Below, in pieces: positions 60,400 through 64,000 of a DNA stretch of 64,000 nt. This DNA comes from Mustelus asterias (taxonomy: Eukaryota). Positions within the stretch are counted from its first letter, which is position 1, and the number at the start of each line of letters is the position of its first letter. The stretch covers positions 61,628,001 to 61,692,000 of the forward strand of contig NC_135818.1 in NCBI RefSeq assembly GCF_964213995.1, in the 5' to 3' direction. A program made the translations under genes and the position numbers. The notes beneath the pieces were generated by a model. The model worked only from the letters and a program-made list of their open reading frames with translations, did no database searches and was not told the DNA's origin.

Positions 60400-62580
60400 T
60401 GTTTCAAAAAGGGAGGGAGGCAAAAAGGCCGATTATCCTAGCATCTATTATTGGAAAAATGTTGGAATCGATTACTAAGGAAGAGCAGCACATTTGGAAA
60501 ATCATAATCTAATCAAGCAGAATCAGCATGACTTCACGAAAGGGAAATTGTGTCTGACTAATTTATTAGAGTTTTTTGAGGAAGTCTCAAGATTGGATGG
60601 AGGGGAACCAGGAGACGTGTTGTATTTGGACTTCCAGAAGGTGTCCGACAAGGCGGCACGGTGGCACAGTGGTTAGCACTGCTGCCTCATAGCGCCAGGG
60701 ACCCGGGTTCAATTCCCGACTTGGGTCACTGTCTGTGCGGAGTCTGTATGTTCTCCCCATGTCTGCATGGGTTTCCTCCAGGTACTCCAGTTTCCTCCCA
60801 CAGTCCCAAAGACATGCTGGTTAGGTGCATTGGCCATGCTAAGTTCTCCCTCAGTGTACCCAAACAGGCGCCGGAGTGTGGCAACTAGGGGATTTTCATA
60901 GTAACTTCATTGCAATGTTAATGTAAGCTGATTTGTGACACTAGTAAGTAAACTTTAAAAAGGTTAGGTCATAAGATGAGTCCATGATGTTGGAGATAGT
61001 ATATTGGCATGGATAGAGAATTGGCTAATGGGCAGCAAACCGTGAGTTGCAAAAAGGGTTCTTTTTCAGGTTGGCAACCTGTAACCAGTCGGGTTCCACA
61101 GGGATCAGTGCTGGGACCACAACTGTTTACAATATATATTAATGATTTGGAGGAAGGAAGCAAATGTACTGTAGCCAAATTTGCAGACGACACAAGAAAG
61201 GCAAGTTGCGAGAGAGATACAAACAGTTTACAAGGAGATATTGATAGATTAAGTAAGTGGGCAAAAAATTTGGTAATTGGAGTATTATGTGGGAAAATGT
61301 GAAAATGTTCATTTTGGAAGGGAGAACAAAAGAGCAGAGTATTATTAAATGGAGATAAACTGCAGAAAGCTGCAACTCAAAAGGACTTGTGCAGCTTGTG
61401 TTGGGAGTACTTGTGCACGAAACACAGAAAGCCAGCACACAACTAAAGGGCGGCACGGTAGCACAGTGGTTAGCGCTGCTGCTTCACAGCTCCAGGGTTC
61501 GATTCCCGGCTCGGGTCACTGTCTGTGTGGAGTTTGCACATTCTCCTCGTGTCTGCGTGGTTTCCTCCGGGTGCTCCGGTTTCCTCCCACAGTCCAAAGA
61601 TGTGCGGGTTAGGTTGATTGGCCAGGTTAAAAATTGCCCCTTAGAGTCCTGAGATGCATAGGTTAGAGGGATTAGCAGGTAAATATGTGGGGGTAGGGCC
61701 TGGGTGGGATTGTGGTCGGTGCAGACTCGATGGGCCGAATGGCCTCCTTCTGCACTGTAGAGTTTCTATGATTCTATGAACTGCAGCAGGTAATCAGGAA
61801 GGATAATGGAATATTGGCTTTTATCTCAAAGGGATGGGAGTATAAGCGTTGGGAAGTCTTGCTGCATTTGTACAAGGTACTGATGAGAGACATCTGGAGT
61901 ACTAAGAGCAGTTTTGGTTTCCTTGTTTAAGGAAAGATATTGGATGGAATTCTCTGGCCGCGTTCACTGCAAAACTGGAGAATCCCACCCAAGGTCAATG
62001 GACCATGGTTCACCCCCCGCCTGTTACGATTCCCGTGCTGGGCGGGACGGGAGAATTCCCCCCATTATTTCATTGAGGCAGTTCAGAGAAGGTTCATTAG
62101 GATGATCCCTGGTTTGGAGGAGTTGTCTTATGAGGAAAAGTTAAACAGGTCAGGACTCTACTCATTGGAATTTAGAAGAAGGTGACGGGATCTCATTGAA
62201 GCATATCGGATTCTTAAGGGAACTTGACAGGGTGAATGCTGAGAGGATGTTTCCCCCTCATGGAAGAGTCTAGGACCAGAGGGCGTGGTCTCAGAATAAA
62301 GGGCTGCCAATTTAAGACTGAGATCAGGAAGAATTTCTTCTCTCAGAGGGATGTGAGTCTTTGGAACTCCTTGTCACAGAGAGCAGTGGGGGCAGAGTCT
62401 TTTCGTATGTTTAAGGTTGAGATTGATTTTTGATCAGTAAGGGAATCAAGGGTTATGGGGAAAGGGCAGGAAAGTGAACGTGAGGAATGTCGGGTCAGCC
62501 ATGATCCTATTGAATGGTGGAACAGGCTCAAGTGGCCAAATGGCCTACGCCTGTTCCTATTTCTTTTGGTCTTATGGCCT
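60400..62580 (+). mobile_element. CR1 LINE fragments with nested SINEs (60652-60957 alternative tail; 61448-61778 HE1) and a MITE (about 61940-62062)
   Basis: ORFs 60494-60676, 61009-61302 and 62236-62433. Confidence 0.88.
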
Positions 62581-62709
62581 TACAAATCACTTTCTTTGTT
62601 CGAAGGATACTTGTCACAATTATCATTACATGAATGTTTTGAATTATGAGCTGAACTCAAAAGATGAGGTGAGAGTGACTGCCCTTGACATCAAGGCTCC
62701 ATTTGACTG

Positions 62710-63010
62710 AAAGTTTATGTCTTAGTGTCACAAGTTGGCTTACATTAACATTGCAATGAAGTTACTGTGAAAATCCCCTAGTTGCCACACTCCGGCACCT
62801 GTTTGGGTACACTGAGGGAGAATTTAGCGCAGCAATGCACCTAACCAGCATATCTTTGAACTGTGGGAGGAAACTGGAGCACCCGGTGGAAACCCACGTA
62901 GACACGGGGAGAACATGCAGAACTCCACACAGACAGTGACCTAAGCTGGGAATTGAACCCGGGTCCCTGACGCTGTGAGGCAGCAGTGCTAACCACTGTG
63001 CCACCGTGCC
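62710..63010 (-). mobile_element. HE1-head SINE with alternative tail
   Basis: Same tail as 34745. Confidence 0.88.
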
Positions 63011-63679
63011 ACTCCTAATGTGGCATGAAGGAGCACACATTTGGACCAAGGCTGTAATGAGGTCAGGGGCTGACTGGCCCTGACCCTGACCTTGACCCTG
63101 AGTGTACTGGGTTCCAGATTCCTCTTGCGTCCTGCCATTCATACATATTATCAAAGTAATAGTTGCATTTGATGTTGAGTTTCAACATATTCATCCTTTC
63201 GTGATGCAACATCTGAGGAAGGAAGATCAGACAGTCCAGAGAACTCCATCTGGTCTCAGATGGCAGTGAATTAAGAACAGGGCAAAGATACCCCAAGGTT
63301 TCCTTGTGATGACCAGAGGAGCACTCCCTTTCCTCATTACCCACAAGAAAATCAAGACTTCTACTTCCTATGGAGGGAGGGTTGGTAACCAGAGGACACA
63401 TATTTAAGGCAATTGGCAGGAAGGCCATAGGTGAGATGAGGAGAGAGTTTCCATGCAGCAAGTTGCAAGAATTCACTGCCTACTGGAGTGTTGAAGCATG
63501 TTCAATAATAACTTTCAATTGCAAACATTTGCTGCATGTTCTGTTTCGTAGAACTTTATGTGGAAGTCATTTCCCATTCTGTTTACACTATCTTCTGAAT
63601 GACGTCAAAATAGTGAAAAAAATATTCAGGAAAAGACTAACCTCAAAACAGAATAAATGCTGCATGCTGCAGAAAGTGC

Positions 63680-64000
63680 TGCAGAGAGAGAGATCAAGCA
63701 GTGAGCATTAGCAGAGAGGGAAGGGTTATTGAAGAAGGCCAGAGAGTTCACAGTGTTGGAGAGAGAGAGAGATTAAAGGCAAGAGGAGATCATAGGTAGA
63801 GATTGAACAGATGGAAGAAGAGATTGCAGCTCAAGATTGTTGAGGGCAGGAAGAGATCACAAGTAGAGATTGTGGGGAGAGCAAGATCGCAGAGCGGGAA
63901 GAAGAGGTTGGGCAGTGGGAGGGAGAGATTGTAGAGAGGGAGATAAAGATCACGAAGAGAGAGGGATTGCAGTAGAGAGATTGAGGAGAGGCAGGTCACA
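63680..64000 (+). repeat. GA-rich degenerate tandem repeat
   Basis: Recurring gagagattg and aagatcac units. Confidence 0.7.

Noticed and set aside
6711-63010. Recurring ORFs such as MAQWLALLPHS..., MDCGRKPEHPEET... and tRNA-like A/B boxes
   Set aside because: All derive from HE1 SINE copies; they are neither proteins nor tRNA genes
63076-63101. (CCCTGA)n telomere-like hexamers
   Set aside because: Only about four imperfect units; a microsatellite

Overview
Eukaryotic, repeat-dense DNA, most likely from a shark or other elasmobranch (many HE1-type V-SINEs with their CR1/HER1 partner LINEs). I recognise no host protein-coding exon, tRNA, rRNA or CRISPR array. Almost every ORF in the track is a transposon fragment or its antisense shadow. 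Contents: many CR1 LINE fragments (two young near-identical copies), Rex1/Babar-like LINEs, an old CR1/L2-type LINE family, about 23 HE1-type SINEs with two alternative tails, two other tRNA-SINE families, solo LTRs and TIR (MITE-like) elements. There are seven insertions of a young Penelope-like (GIY-YIG) family whose pseudo-LTRs carry minimal hammerhead ribozymes. The most notable hidden feature is a decayed minus-strand endogenous retrovirus at about 17.7-26.9 kb. It has a tRNA-Ser PBS, a 201-bp LTR-like end that is itself a fold-back palindrome, remnants of pol (connection/tether, integrase start) and an env of the short-SU, F-protein-like type that the ORF track largely misses. Several local inverted duplications and hairpins also occur. 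Boundaries of degenerate repeats are approximate (read by eye).
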